From Curvularia clavata (lineage: Eukaryota): a DNA stretch of 64,000 nt. Shown in pieces: positions 21,478 through 35,080 of the stretch (its first letter is position 1; every line of letters begins with the position of its first letter). The notes beneath the pieces were generated by a model, which saw only the letters and a list, made by a program, of their open reading frames with translations, had not been told where the DNA came from and did no database searches. Location of the stretch: contig CP089280.1 of NCBI GenBank assembly GCA_023920165.1, positions 186,001 to 250,000 on the forward strand, read 5' to 3'. The translations under genes were made by a program, and so were the position numbers.

Positions 21478-24400
21478 TTAATGCGGCGTCGTCATAGTTC
21501 TCGCGAGATTCGACGAACGTTGAGGCAGCGCCTCTTTGCGTAATTGACGCACAACGGCTTCGAGTTTGCGGCGTTCTTCTTGTTCAGCCTGTTTCACATG
21601 TGTCAGTTTTACTGCGTCGTTACGGGGGAGGGGCGGTAAATAACAAGTAAAAAATAAAAAAACGTACCCTCAAAGCCTTTAATCCCTCGGCCGTCCGATC
21701 CCTCATCATCTTCCTGAAATCTTCACGCAGCATGCGGATACTGGTCGCGCCCATGTCGAGCTGCATGGAGCCGCCAGCACCCACAGCAGCGGGCGTACCC
21801 GGACTACGGACGCCGAGCCATTTGACTTTCTCGTCGCTGAGTTCGCGCTCGAGAGCCTCCTTTTCGTCACGCAGCTTGTCGATTTGGGACTCGAGGGCAT
21901 CGCGGTCCTTTTCGTTTTGGATGGCGTCGCGTGTGAGAGCTTCGTACTCGGCGGCCATGCCTGATAGCTCGGCTTTGAGATTGCGTTCGGATTGACGGGC
22001 TTCGGCTTCTGATTGCGAGGCGACGTCTTGTACTTTGCGGAGGGCTTCGAGTTCGCCTCGTAGAGCTTGGTTCTGTTCGGCAAGGTCGTCGAGCTCCTTC
22101 TTGATGGCTGGGTTGGCGGCCGAGTCGGCGGCGCGTTGGGCACGTGTGCCATAGGCGCCGTCGAGCTCTGCTTTGGCAAACGTCAGTTCCGTGGTGAGAC
22201 GCACAATCTCGCCTTCGAGCTGGCGGAACTCTTCCTCCTTTGCATTGAGGTTGTTGGTTGCATCCAAAGAGCGTGCCTCGGCTGCCTCCTTTTCGGCAGT
22301 TATTGCCTGTAAAGCTGCTGTAGTTTGCTCGATCTTCTTGGCCGACTCTGCGAGTTCTGCTTTGATGGTCTCTGCTTCAGCCTGAGCCTGGCTCTGGGCT
22401 TCCCTCAGCTTGCCCTCGAGCATAAGAGCCCGCTCTTGGGCATCCCGGACCTGAGCCTCGTAGCCAGCAGTGCGTTCTTCGGCTTCTCGTGATGAGACAT
22501 TGTATGCACTGTTGCGCTCTTGGTGGTCTTTGAGCTCTTCTTCGTACGAAGCAGCGCGCTTCTCGGCGTCTTGCAGCTTGCTGTGGTAGCTCACGGCCTG
22601 CTCCTGGACGTCCTTGAGCTGATTCTCGTAGGCGGTGATGCGCTGTCTGGCTTCCTTGAGTTCTGTCTCAAACTTGATGACTCGCTCTTGTACGTTGATG
22701 AGCTGAGCCTCCAATCCGGCGTTGCGTTCCTGGGTCTCGCGCATAGCCTCTGTATCGACACCAATCTTCTGCTGGTCAAATTGCTGCAGTTGGCTCATGG
22801 CCCGCTCGAGCTCCTCTTCCATAGAATGCTTCTCAGATCTAGCACTCAGGATCTGGGTGTTGAGGCGCTCAAACTCTGCCTCCTTCTGGGCGTCAGACTT
22901 GCTGTTCAACTCACGCTGCTGCTTGATTTGGCGTAAGAGAACCGACTGCTTCTCCTTGAGACTGGTAGCGCGCTTGAAAAGAAACTGGATCTTGGATGAG
23001 AAGGCGAGAAGCGAGTACGATTCATTGGCGTTGAAGTCTTCGTCGGGTGAGAGCTGTTCTTCGGCGTCTGGGTCTTCGGCGAGTAGTCGGCGTCGCTCAC
23101 GTTTTCGCTCAAGGGCTTCTTCCTCGCCCTTTCGGATCATATCCCACAGACCCTTGATTGTGGTCTCGTACTTTTCGGCCTTGTCAGGGTCTTCACCCAT
23201 CGAAGGAGCAGACTGCAACTCCTTAATTCGCTCGCTCATTGCAAATTGAATCTGCTCAAGGTTGTAGAACGTGTCTTCCATGTAGTTGAGCTGCTCGGTG
23301 GAGCCGCTGCCAGTAATTGCTGGTGGCGGGGGAATCTTGTCAGCCTGCTCATTTTCGGAACGGGAGAGCACAGCATAGAGCTGGTTGTTGATACCCTCTA
23401 GACGGCCCTCGACTTCGCTTAGCGTGTGTCGAGCATTCGTGCGGATGTTGGCCTGTTCTACGCTGATGCTGCGGATACCCTGATCAAGAAAGTCAAGCTG
23501 GCGGTCAATAGTCGTAGCGTCCAGTGTCCCTTCAAGGGCTAGTGGTGGAAGAGAGTAGTCTTCGTCTCGGTCGGGATTGGCTTCAATAATGAGATTGCGT
23601 AACCGTTCATTCATTTCTTGGAGGCGTGTGGCCAATGTGCCAAAAGCTTGGTTGGATCGCTCGGACTGGTGATGAGTTCCGTTCTGCAGCACAGCCATGA
23701 GGTTGTCTAGGTTCTCTGGTGTCCTGTAGAGACTTCGGTCGTCAAAGACGCTCGCGCTTATGCCATTCAGCCGGGCATCTTCGTACGTGTCCAGGCTGGC
23801 GGGGCTGTCTGGTCTCCGGAAGCGATCTTCTGAGGTCTGGCCGTTTTCGTCACGCTGTTTGGGTCCTTTGTGTGTGAGCTGAAGCACCGCAGCAGTATGC
23901 ATTAACAGCTGCATGTCAATCATGCGCATACGGGACTCGATTTCCAGACACTCGCGGATAAACTCCTCTACTTTTCGATTGCTCGATTCGAGCCCCTCTT
24001 GGTCCTGGTCGTCGTAATCATGAACTGCGTTGCTGCCCTTGCTGGCCACGCCTCTTCGGTGGCCATTTCCCTTGTTGCCAGCCAGGCGGCCGAGCGAGCG
24101 GGTGGCATCGCGAATCTTGGTCTCGGACTCGAGTTTCCGCCGAACGGTGTTCAGCCGCGTGTCCAGCGTCCTCTGCTCCTGCTTGAGCGCATCCACCTCC
24201 TCAACGGTCAGGATATCAAAGTGCTGGCTGTCTCCAATGGCCGTCTCGACCAGCAGGTGCATGGCTACGGGGTCGGTGCTGAGGGCATCCAGGCCTCGCT
24301 TTCCGGAATTTCGGGGCGTGTAGACGCCATTTTCGCGCACTGTTTCCCTGCGGCCGTCGACAAAGACATCTGGAGGGGGAATGAAGGCGCTGGCACCGAA

Positions 24401-24559
24401 TCGCGGAGAGATCTGGTAGGCCATGGGGTAGAAGCCGGGCGAGGGTGCTTCGACACCAGACGGGTAGTTGGAAGTGGGTGAGGGGAAGCCATACTGAGGC
24501 CGGGGGCTCAGGGTGTCGCCCACATAGGGGAACTGGGTTCGAAGGCCATTGTTGCTCAT
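21478..24559 (-). CDS. Uds1 (up-regulated during septation) domain coiled-coil protein; intron near the 3' end
   Basis: DPVAMHLLVETAIGDSQHFDILTVEEVDALK..KIRDA..LLMHTAAVL; long heptad region; last exon AEQEERRKLE..PH*. Confidence 0.82.
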
Positions 24560-25049
24560 GGTGATTCTCAGCAGCGGGCGGCGCGTGGAGAGAGCAGGCG
24601 AGTCAAGGCGGTGGGGAGCGGTGATGGGTCGGAGGGAGAGTGCAACGGGGGCACAGAGGAAGACGGCTCGCGCAGCCAGCGAGAGAGATGGGGAGAGCCT
24701 CACGGGGCGCGAGGCATAGCGATTGTGAACTGCAAAATGTCAACTCAGGAGAGAGCGGCAGTGTAGCGTAGCGCTGGCGTGTTGGGATGGGCAGCCGGCG
24801 CTACTAAAGCAGCAGTCGAGGTTGACCGGGATGGGGGCACAGGGCGAGCGGTCAAGGGGCGGGAGATTCGCTCTTCATGCGCTCGGCAGACACCCGGCCC
24901 TGCCATTGCCCTCCCCCACCCTCTCCAGGCACGCCCCTGTGCTGAGCGCGCATTCGCTGAAGCCGTTCCTTTTTGACAGAGTGCAGTATAGCCACTGTGC
25001 AAGCGTTGCGGCACTGGCCCTGCGACGCGTCAACCAACCGCCCATCATC

Positions 25050-25973
25050 ATGAGCACACTAGCCGCTTACTCGCCAGCCCAGATAGCCCGCTACTTTGAT
25101 CGGCTGGGACTACCGCAGGAACAGCGGATACAGCACGTTGCCAGCCTCGACGCCACCGACGCCCTGGGCTATCTTGCGCGACTTCAGACGCTGCATCTGG
25201 CGGAGATTCCCTTTGAGAACATTTCCCTGCACTATTCGACCCACCACTCCGTGTCTGTGCACCCCCATCAGCTCTTCAAAAAGATCATAGCCGATAACAA
25301 TGGCCGGGGTGGCTACTGTATGGAGAATAATGCTCTCTTCGGTACGCTGCTGAGGTCGCTCGGCTTTACCGTCTACCCGGGAGGCGGTCGAGTCTTTACA
25401 GGCACTGCTTGGACAGGCTGGTCGCACATGATCAACATTGTTACTATCGGTGACACAAAGTACCATGTCGACGTTGGATTTGGCGGCGATGCGCCCACTG
25501 CGCCCATGGCTTTGGACCGCACAGGCACGGTGCACAAGAGCATCCAGCCTGCGTCGGCACGCCTCCAATGGCGCAACATCCCCGGCAATACAGATCCCAG
25601 CCAACGTCTTTGGGTCTACGAGTACCGGAGGAGCGACGACTGCGATTGGGAGATGAAATACTCATTTACCGAGCTCGAGTTCCTGCCAGAGGATTTTGCC
25701 CTCATAAATTACTTCACAAGCACGAGCCGGCACACCTGGTTCACGAGGATGATTGTTGCGGACAAGAAGATCGTGGGCCCAGACGGCGAGTTGATAGGCA
25801 AGATGACCCTGGCAGCTACCACGCTCAAGTGGAACATACGTGGCGAGAAGACCAAGGAGATCGAGTTCAAGAGTGAAGCGGATAGAATAGAGGCGTTGGA
25901 AAAGTACTTTGGCATCAAGCTCGACCAAGCAGAGCGCGACAGCATCGCTGGTCTGGCATCCGAGATCAAGTAG
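25050..25973 (+). CDS. Arylamine N-acetyltransferase
   Basis: IPFENISLH, RGGYCMENN (Cys), WSHM (His), VDVGFG (Asp) catalytic triad; no introns. Confidence 0.92.
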   Translation: MSTLAAYSPAQIARYFDRLGLPQEQRIQHVASLDATDALGYLARLQTLHLAEIPFENISLHYSTHHSVSVHPHQLFKKIIADNNGRGGYCMENNALFGTLLRSLGFTVYPGGGRVFTGTAWTGWSHMINIVTIGDTKYHVDVGFGGDAPTAPMALDRTGTVHKSIQPASARLQWRNIPGNTDPSQRLWVYEYRRSDDCDWEMKYSFTELEFLPEDFALINYFTSTSRHTWFTRMIVADKKIVGPDGELIGKMTLAATTLKWNIRGEKTKEIEFKSEADRIEALEKYFGIKLDQAERDSIAGLASEIK

Positions 25974-26080
25974 TAAAAGAATTGATTGCTTGACATCTAC
26001 CGCTGCGCAGGCTCTTTGCGCGAATGATCCAAGGCAGCCCGTCATGCCTGGTTGCAATTGTGCTATAGACTCAGATATAC

Positions 26081-26556
26081 CTAGAAGAATCGTTGCTCGC
26101 ACTGGCCGTGGTTAGCATGCGTCTGCCATGATCCGGCCTGGGTCCATACGTACCCTCCACGGGTTGTTGAGCTCGAAGCCCGGAGGAGCGGCGGGTTGGT
26201 CCGTCTGTCCACGCATGAAGCCTGTCAGGCGGCGGTCGCGCTCCATCACTGCTCTCTTGTAAGTACTGGGTATGGATGAGGTCATGGTGAAATGGTCGTA
26301 CTTTGCTGTCCGCATGTTAGCAGCCATTCTATGCATCCTCAGCACACAACTCACCCTGTCCCATGCATCGATACCCCGTCGCGTTCGCTTGCCGCCGTTC
26401 TGAATCTCCTTGAGCTTTCCAACAGACACGGCGCTGAAGGCGAAGAACTGCAGGCCCGGTTAGCGCTCTCGGATCCTCCCCCGCGTCGGTCGGGCGCCAT
26501 TGACTCACGCCGGTCATGATGGCATAGGGCAACAGAGCCTCGAATGGGACACCCAT
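26081..26556 (-). CDS. NDUFA1: NADH:ubiquinone oxidoreductase MWFE subunit, 4 exons
   Basis: MGVPFEALLPYAIM..QNGGKRTRRGIDAWD..MERDRRLTG..APPGFELNNPW. Confidence 0.88.
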
Positions 26557-27178
26557 GGTTGCGGTCGAGTGTGTGCAGTCGTTGTGGTGTGGTGAGGGGG
26601 ATTGGAAGCCGTCGTCGTCGTCGTCGTCGACGTCGAAGCTAGACCAGCGGTGCCGTCGGCGTCGAGTGAGGGAGCGGCCGTGCGTGTGTCTTGGCTTCCC
26701 CGACCTACGCAAAGAGAGGCACTTCAGACGACAAGAACACGTCGCCCACGCCGATTAGAGGCGAGCAACAATTATTCTCAGTGTCGCCCCGACTCACACT
26801 TTCATACGAACCGCGAATTCCGACCCCTTGACCTCGCCCCTCCGCGGAACAATTGCGCCCGCTGTCGTTGCGCTCCTCCGCCTTCCCCACAACACCCAAC
26901 AAACGCGACTACGAGCCCGCCACATCTCGCTGCAATCACCTGTGGCCAGCTGAGTCTTGATCAAGTCGAGTCCCTCTCTCACACACGCGGCGGGGTGTCT
27001 TCCCAAGCCCAACAACGCGCTGCAGTACGGACACGACGCGTTCACGAATCACTGCACACCAGCCGCCCCCGGGGCCGACCACCACCAGCTTCAATCCATG
27101 TGTTAAAGCTCATACAACCCTCGGACTGCGACGCTGGCTTATTTTGCCTCAAAAGTGGCCTCTGCCGTCAACTTGGCC

Positions 27179-30100
27179 ATGGCGGAGCTTCTAGGCCAGA
27201 CGTCGAACAATGCCGACTTGGACGACATAGATGCCGATGGCGAATATGAAATGGACGATGTCGAGTACGCGCACCCACCCGCAGCCCAACCTGCTCCCGA
27301 CGTCCACGGCCATAGCACCGATGCTGAGGGTTCGGATGTGGATGCCGAGGGTGAGGAGGTCGACGACGATGAAGACGATGCTGAGCCAGTGGGCGATGTT
27401 AAGATAGCGCGTCGGGCGTCTATGTCCGATGAGGAAGATGACTACGACGCTGAAGAGGCTGTCAAGGAATCCTCAGACGCCAAGTCCAGCGACAGTGAAG
27501 ACTCCACCAACGCAGACTCGGAGGAAGAAAACCAGTGGCAGGCCAGTGAAGACGGCGAGGAAGACGAACTCGTCAAGTCGTCTAACCCCAATGTGTGCAT
27601 GTCAGTATTGCTTCCAACACCACCATTGCAAAGTCCCATTGCGTGCACTGACACGCATCCAGATACTGCAAGCAGGACGAGGAACATGACCCCAGTCCAG
27701 AGTTCGAAGAGTACCTCTCCTGCGCTGTGTGTGGAGACAATGGTGAGTATTCCACAAAGAGGGCTGCAGCATGGTTTTGGTAGCTGACATATTGTCCCTG
27801 CAGCACATCGGCAATGCGCCCGTGGCGCTAACACGCTTAGTCCCGACGATGGTATGCTCTCGTGCCATTCCAAAATCCGGCTCCACTAACATTCACCAGA
27901 TGCAAAGCGTTGGCGGTGCGATGATTGCCTGGACAATTTTCCAACTGAAGAGGAGGAGGAGGCACAACCTCCACGGCCTTCTGCCCGCCGTAGACATTCT
28001 TCAAACAAGCTAACCAAGGAACTGCTCCCTTCACTTCGTGGTGTTGATCCAGCAGGCCATTCTATCTTTAAGGACTTGATTCTTCCTGATGAGCAATCGG
28101 ACGGTCTCCGTTCGCTGCGCAAACGCAAAACTTCACATGGCGACGAAGCATCTGCTCCGGTACCGTCCAGGCAAACGCGCAAAAAGCGGAGACCATCCGA
28201 AGCCACCCACTCAGATGCGGCACCATCCATGCCTGCAACCTCACCCCGACCACCATCCAGGAGCGTGCGAAGTGCTCGTAGCGCCATAGGTGACGGTCAT
28301 GAGAGTGGGGTCGAAGCAGAGCATACTGGATCTGACCGAGAAACCACGCGTTTGCGACCGGCGCGAGCGCGACGTGGGCAGCCAAAGAGAACCGACAAAC
28401 GACCACTCGCGTGGATCGAAGAAGCGCAGGGTCTCAGCCTGATTATGGCTTTTCACCTTAACAACGAAAAGGTTCAGAAGATTGTCACATCCAAACCCAA
28501 GAAGAAGGCACTGCCTACTATTGAGCAGGAACGTCAGGAGAGGCGGCGTGAAAGAGACCGAGAGCGTCGTGAGAGGAACCGCCGTGCTGCACAGGCGGCC
28601 CGGGAATCTCCAGACGTTCCACACTACCCAGCTATACACCTTCAGTACCCCACACCCTTTGCTGGCTTCATGGATAAAGAGACAGACGAATCCAAGAGCA
28701 AGCCCTATGGCGGCGTGCTTTCTGAGGCTGACGCGGATACTTCCAAGACGTATCCAACGCAAGCCGACCGCAAGCGATTCGACGACGCCCGGATCAAGGC
28801 TGAGGAAGAATGGAAGGCCAAACAGGCTGCCCTCTATCCGCCTGAGCCAGTACGTTCACACAAGCAAGCAGCCACTGCGAGCAAGATCAAGTGTATCAAT
28901 TTTGGCGGATGGGAGATTGATACATGGCACGCCGCTCCCTATCCCGAAGAGTACAGCAAGAACAGGGTGCTTTATATTTGCGAGTTCTGTCTTAAGTACA
29001 TGAACTCGGACTATGTCGCATGGCGGCACAAGGTACGTGGTTCCATTGGTGGTATCTATCACTTCATGACTAACCAAGGCAGCTTAAATGCCCTGCGAAG
29101 CACCCTCCTGGCGACGAGATTTACCGTGACGGCAAGTACTCCTTCTTTGAGGTCGATGGTAGAAAGAACCCCGTGTACTGCCAGAATCTCTGCTTGCTGG
29201 CCAAACTCTTCCTTGGCTCAAAAACACTATACTACGATGTTGAGCCATTCCTGTTCTATGTCATGACGGAGAACGACCAGTTTGGCTGCCATTTTGTCGG
29301 CTACTTCTCCAAGGAAAAACGACCAAGCTCACTCAACAACGTCTCTTGTATCCTTGTGCTGCCCATACATATGCGCAAAGGTTACGGACAGTATCTGATG
29401 GAGTTCTCGTACCTGCTGACACGCGTCGAGCGCAAGACCGGCAGTCCTGAGAAACCACTGAGTGACATGGGTCTTGTAAGTTATCGGAAGTACTGGCGGC
29501 TCGTGTTATGCGAGGAGCTGTTGAACCAGAAATCACCAATAAGCATATCAGCTATATCCGACCGCACGGGTATGACTGCAGACGATATCATATCTACGCT
29601 GGAAGGTTTACGCGCTCTCGTGCGCGATCCAGTTACCAAAAAGTATGCACTACGGCTCGACCTGGAATACTTCAAATCCTACATTGACAAGTGCAACGCT
29701 GCGGGTAACCCCAAGATCAAACCCGAATGTCTTGTCTGGACCCCATATGTTATGGGCCGACTTGGTCAGTACGAGGATGGTCCAGCTCTGCAGACAGTGC
29801 AGCAGCGTGACGAGGCTGATGAGAAGCCGGCCCCAGAGGAGGGTGTGCAAGTAGAGACCGCAAAAGCCAATGGCAAGAGTGAAGAGTCTGAGCCATTTCC
29901 ACCTGCCCCCGCCCACGCACTTGCTACCGAGGACTCCATCAACGGCGGCTCTCCCGCTCCAGGAACACCACTCGCCAACGGCTCTACCATCGCCCTCGCA
30001 GGCTCACACATGGAAGAACCCGCCATCCCACCCACGCGCTACGAAATCTTCCCCCCTATCCCCGGCCAACCGACACACAAACGTCGTCCAGGCCGCCCCT

Positions 30101-30633
30101 TTGGATCCCGTCGACGAACCAGCACCCCCAACCGCGTCCGCAACACCACCAACATGACCATCCACACTGCTCCCGTCTCGAAAATCCAACTTTCCCCCAG
30201 CCGCGGCGCAAAAGCCCAAATGTCACCTTCTGCAAACGGCAGCGGCGCCCTCACACCCGGCACCATTTCCCTCCGCCGGACGCGCAGCCGCCTCGGCGAA
30301 AGCGTCACCAACGGCGACGACGTCGAGCACGATTCTCCCGCCGCTGGCGGCGCCGTTCGCTCCCTTGTGACGAATGGAAGGAGGAGTACACGCAGCTCGG
30401 CGAGTTCGTCGCGCGCGAGTCTCGATCTCAAGGGCAAGGGAAGGGCGGTGCCGATTCATGAAGAGGAAGAAGAAGAGGAAGAAGAGGAGGAGGAGCACGA
30501 GCATGAGCACGAGCATGAGCAGGAAGAAGAGGAGGAGGAGGATGTGGACGGAGAGTATGATGAGGATGATGGGTTGATGGATGTGGATGCCGAGGGAGAG
30601 GATGACGATGATGTGATTATGGGGGGTGCGTGA
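27179..30633 (+). CDS. SAS3: MYST-family histone acetyltransferase (Sas3/Mst2-like) with N-terminal PHD-like region, multi-exon
   Basis: IDTWHAAPYPEEY, YICEFCLKYM, YCQNLCLLAKLFL, SKTLYYDVEPFLFY, NNVSCILVLP, GSPEKPLSDMG. Confidence 0.88.
30459..30540 (+). repeat. Compound GAR/GAGCAY coding microsatellite (poly-E and (EH)n)
   Basis: gaagaggaagaagaagaggaa...gagcacgagcatgagcacgagcat. Confidence 0.8.
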
Positions 30634-31836
30634 TCATTCTTTCGCAGTCTCTCTAGATTCGTCTGGGTACGTGGTTTGTGGGACTCATGGTGGCATTTCT
30701 ACATCCTTCTCCGACCATCTCTTTTTTTCTTTCTTCTCTTTACTTGTCATTCTGCTCTTCGGAGGAGATGGAGTGAAGTGAGGGATGTTTACACCATGCG
30801 GTCTCGGTCACTTTTCTTTCTCTCTTCTCACACGCTTTCAAAGACTCTTTTCCTGCCTTCGAGCATGGGTTTGATTCTGGATGGTGGTTTGTTCCCAGTC
30901 GAGCATTACCACCTTGTCTTCTTCTGGTGTTTTTTTTATCCTGGTGTTTTTTTTCCTCATCACAGGCATTCTGTGCGCTTGTTTCTGAATGATACCTTGT
31001 CTTATCTTTTTTTTAACACTTCACTTTTTTGTTTTCGGATTGCACATGGTATGCGTGGGGAAGCGGGATTCTAAAGTCATGGCAAACTGGAGTAGTTGAT
31101 GACTCTGATTGTTTGGATTGATTAGCATGGAAGAGGATGGATGCTGTGTGGCGAGTAAGGAGGGTGTCAGTAGTGTAGGGGTTGATAGTGTAATCACTTT
31201 TCGAAAAAGATCATCCAGGGATGTTGGTGTTTGTCGCGTGGTTATGTGAAGATTGTGTACAAGAGGAAGTTGTGCTTTCTGAGGAGAGCACATGCATGAG
31301 ATTGCAGATGTAAGACTATATGGTCTGGTCTTATGATTTATATTGTGATATGCTGTGTAGAATATTGATAGTTGCACAATCCGTGTGAGCTTCCCTAGTG
31401 AAGGCTCGAATTCAGATCATAATGACAAAGCAAGATCAAACCGAAAATGTGCAAGGTGTTGCAATCTCCATTAAGCAATGTATGCCAGAGATCAGGCAGC
31501 TAGGCTATGAAGTCACATGCGATGCTCGTTACTCTACATCCGACTCGACCCTTTTCGCACCCACATTTGCATCTCGGAAAAAAAACGTATTATGCAATGC
31601 ATCCCATCCCATCCCATCCCGAAAGAATCCCATGACGACCCAGGTATAGAAAATAATACATAAAAAAAGGCGAGAGAGCAAAAAGAGACACATACAGGCC
31701 CCGGGGACACACAAAGATGCAAGTGGGGTGTCTTTTTTCGGTTCACTGACACAGTGAACAATCATTCGTTTCCTTTCCCTTGCGCCTAGCCGTTATTCGT
31801 TCGTTGGTTCACTGTTTCCCCACATGTCCATCCAAA

Positions 31837-32754
31837 TCATCCCAAGAATGGGTCGTACCAACCGTAATTAGGTTCCTGGCGCGTTGGCGTCTGGAGCGCA
31901 GAGTTCTGCAGTACCTGTGTCTGTAGATACTGTGTCTGGGCGTAGGGTGAGATGCCGTAGTTGAAGTTAGGCATGAGGGGGTTTGCGCTCTCGACGCTGT
32001 CTTCTCTGCGCTTTTTGGCAATGGGTGGTTGGTCAGAGTCTCCGCCGAGGGAGCGCTTGTTGCTCATCATGCCGCGGGCTTCTTTGCGCAGGCGTAGGCG
32101 GACGCCTTGGTCGGAAAAGGCGCGCGAGAGGTAGGTTGATTCTTCGAGGCCTTTGAAGTCTTTGGGTAGTACCACTTGGAACTTGTCTGATGTGGCATGG
32201 CCGAGGTTATGGACGGAGCCAAGTATTCCTGATTCAGGGTCGATATCGTGGTATTGGGGCAGGTCGGATAATGTGATGAAGTTGGGTTGGATCTCATAGA
32301 GGGAGAAGCGCAGTCTGTACCAGCCCTGGACCTTGATAGAGATGTCTCCAAAGATGAAAAAGGCGCCGTCTTTGTTGTCTATGTCCTTGAGTCGATGCAG
32401 CGACGACACTAGGGTGCCTGCCAGTGTGTCGTTGGGTGGGCCCTCAATCGGCTCGTCCCTGTCATGCTTGTACAGCGATACACTGACAAAGAGGTATGGG
32501 TTTTGCAGGAATTGTTGGTTTGGGTCTGTATCGGAGCTGACACTGAGTTGAAGCATGGGCGGAGGGTCAAGTGGTTTCCTGAATTTCTCCTTGCCCTTGA
32601 CAGTGACGAGGGCCTCTTTGGGTTGTTGGCGGACGACGAGCCGGCAGGATGATGGCGTCAAGTTAACCGCTGTCGGAGCGGGAGTCGGTAGTGAATATGG
32701 TTGCTGATATGGGACGTAAGCCCGCTGGAGTGTGTAGTTGAACGGAAACGCCAT
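31837..32754 (-). CDS. Velvet-domain transcription factor, VosA-like, uninterrupted ORF
   Basis: [79 protein letters not shown]. Confidence 0.9.
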   Translation of the reverse strand: MAFPFNYTLQRAYVPYQQPYSLPTPAPTAVNLTPSSCRLVVRQQPKEALVTVKGKEKFRKPLDPPPMLQLSVSSDTDPNQQFLQNPYLFVSVSLYKHDRDEPIEGPPNDTLAGTLVSSLHRLKDIDNKDGAFFIFGDISIKVQGWYRLRFSLYEIQPNFITLSDLPQYHDIDPESGILGSVHNLGHATSDKFQVVLPKDFKGLEESTYLSRAFSDQGVRLRLRKEARGMMSNKRSLGGDSDQPPIAKKRREDSVESANPLMPNFNYGISPYAQTQYLQTQVLQNSALQTPTRQEPNYGWYDPFLG

Positions 32755-35045
32755 CGTATTCTGTCTCAGTGTTCTATGGTTGTGTGTTTTGGTTGTGGCG
32801 GTTGTGGTAGTTGCCCAAGTGTACTATGGTAGAGTGGCAGTCTTATATAGTGCCCCAGGATTGAATTTTGTGATGATTTCGAGTGCGGGAGCAATTTTGA
32901 GCAATCAAGCACCAGATAATTGATGGCTCATAGGACCCTCTGGCAGAAAACGATCCAATCAGCAAAGTAGTAAACGGAAATGGTTGCGCGGTAGTGGGGA
33001 GAACGGTTGAGTGGGACCCAACTAGAGGCCCGCTGGCGCCTGGGAGGAGTCACTCCACACACCCAACGGTAATATCCAAGTTGGATATGGCGGAGTTATG
33101 AGGGACAGAAGGAATGCGTTTTGCGCCTGTGATTATCGTCACCCGCACCTGCGCTACTTTCAAACACCGTGCTGGCAGTGTCGTTGTCCAGGATACATAG
33201 CACCTGCCTGAGGTACGAATCGAAGGTGGTCGTCGTGGTTGATGAAAAGTGAAGCCTTGTCCACTCGGCCTGGTACGGAACCGTGGTAGAAGGGGAGAAG
33301 GGTGTAATGTGTGGTGTACTGTGGATGTGGCCGTATCCAACGGCTTTTCAAGGGTGATAGGGCTACGCTGGTCGACCCAAGCCAGGAGCGGTGACGGAGC
33401 GGGAGAGAGAGAGAAGGTTTCGGGGCAGTCTAAATGAAATAGAGGGTGAGAGACAAAGCGTGAGAGTAAAAGAGGCCCGAGAACAATTGGGTTTGATAGC
33501 TCGAGAAGAAGCAACGTACAAAGGTAGTGCAGACAGTAGGTAGGCTGACAAGCGTACTTTGAAGCGTCCGTCACAATCGGGGCTCCTCTACAATCGTCGT
33601 ACGGGTCAGTGGCGGCTTTGGCAATGATTCGCTGCGTTGGCTCTAGGCTGAGGAGCAACTGGTGCCGAGCGCGGCCGATCAAGCTTGTAGGGTCCTTGAC
33701 TAACGTGCGTGCTAAGAGAATGAACGAAGGCGGCGTGGATCATGCGAACAAGCTCTAGTGTGGCCAATGATGCGGCTCTTTGGGCGTATTACTTCTTTTG
33801 TAGCCACGGTTACATCCAAGACTAGTATCTTTCGCTTGTTTGACCAAGTGTCGGTGGATCTCGTTTGCTTGCTGCGGCGTGAAAAGGCCCCTGAAAGTAG
33901 TTGATGATGATGATGTCTTGGATGGGTTGGTTGGTGGTTCGGGCCTTGGAAAACACCGGGGCGAGGGTAACAATGTGAAAACGAGTGTGCTCAGCAGGGC
34001 GGCCGGTTGAAAAGAAGAGGGGAGGCGATTCCAGCTGGTATGCACCTAGGACGGGCTGCAAGAAAGAGCGACAAGAGGAGTAGCCAGCCGCAACACAGCT
34101 GTCTAGGACAAGAGCAACAGCAATAGTAGCAGTAGTAGTAGCAGCGGCAGCGGCGCCGGACGTCCAGAAGCACTTTTGAATCAATTCAAAGCCTCAGCAG
34201 GTGTTGTTTTGCAGGCCGGTTGCAGCACCAACCCGTCTGTGCTATCAGTCCCGAGCGAGGGTATTCCATGCAGCCGAGCGATGAAGGCTAGCAAACTGCA
34301 CAGACGGCGCGGCGGCAGGACCTGAGGTAGCAAGGAAGTCCTGGCAGTGCTTGGATCCAACGGTCATCCCAGGTTTTGGGGGAAAGGCAGGGCACTGTCC
34401 ACGGCCATTGAACGAGGGCCCCGGTTGCGTGCGGCGGGAGTGCCCCACGCTCGTAAGCTTGTTAAATACGCAGACAAGGACACGGGATTTAGCCATCTAA
34501 ACCACTTTAATTGAGAGGCTACTTAGGAGAAACACGCATTCACGCCCGGCATTTGGCGAGCTTCGGACAGCCCACATGGGCGGTCGTTTGGCCTGCTGGC
34601 GTGGTGGGCTCGAGACAACACTGACGACTCGAGAGCAAATCGAGGCGCCAATCCAAGCACCGGTAGACGCGTCTCATGGTACCTACGAGGACACATCCAG
34701 GCACATGGCAGCTAGCAGGTCGTGTCCCCGACGGGGCCTGGTGGCGGCGCCGGGACGTGCCTTTGACCTCGAGGCTCAGAGGCGGAGACTAGAGCAGCGA
34801 GACACGGTGGTCGGTTTCACTGCACATGACGGCACGTCTGGAGGACTTGTCGTCAACGAAGGAACCGGGAACACACAGAGAGCTGTGCAGGAGCAGAGCC
34901 TATTGGGCAGCTGAGATGCATGGACAGCCTGCAGGCCCCGGGCGAGTAACGCACGGCGGCTGCCGACGAAGACGATGAGATGATGGGCGCCAGGGCCGCA
35001 ATGGCCATGGATGGAGGAGGGGGCGGAGGAGTTTGTCGCCCATCA

Positions 35046-35080
35046 GCATAGCATAGCATGGCATGGCATGGCATGGCATG
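35046..35080 (+). repeat. (GCATR)7 pentanucleotide microsatellite
   Basis: gcatagcatagcatggcatggcatggcatggcatg. Confidence 0.85.

Noticed and set aside
24560..25049. N-terminal extensions of the Uds1 and NAT ORFs given by the ORF track
   Set aside because: They start at non-ATG codons in the shared promoter; downstream ATGs at 24559 and 25050 fit better.
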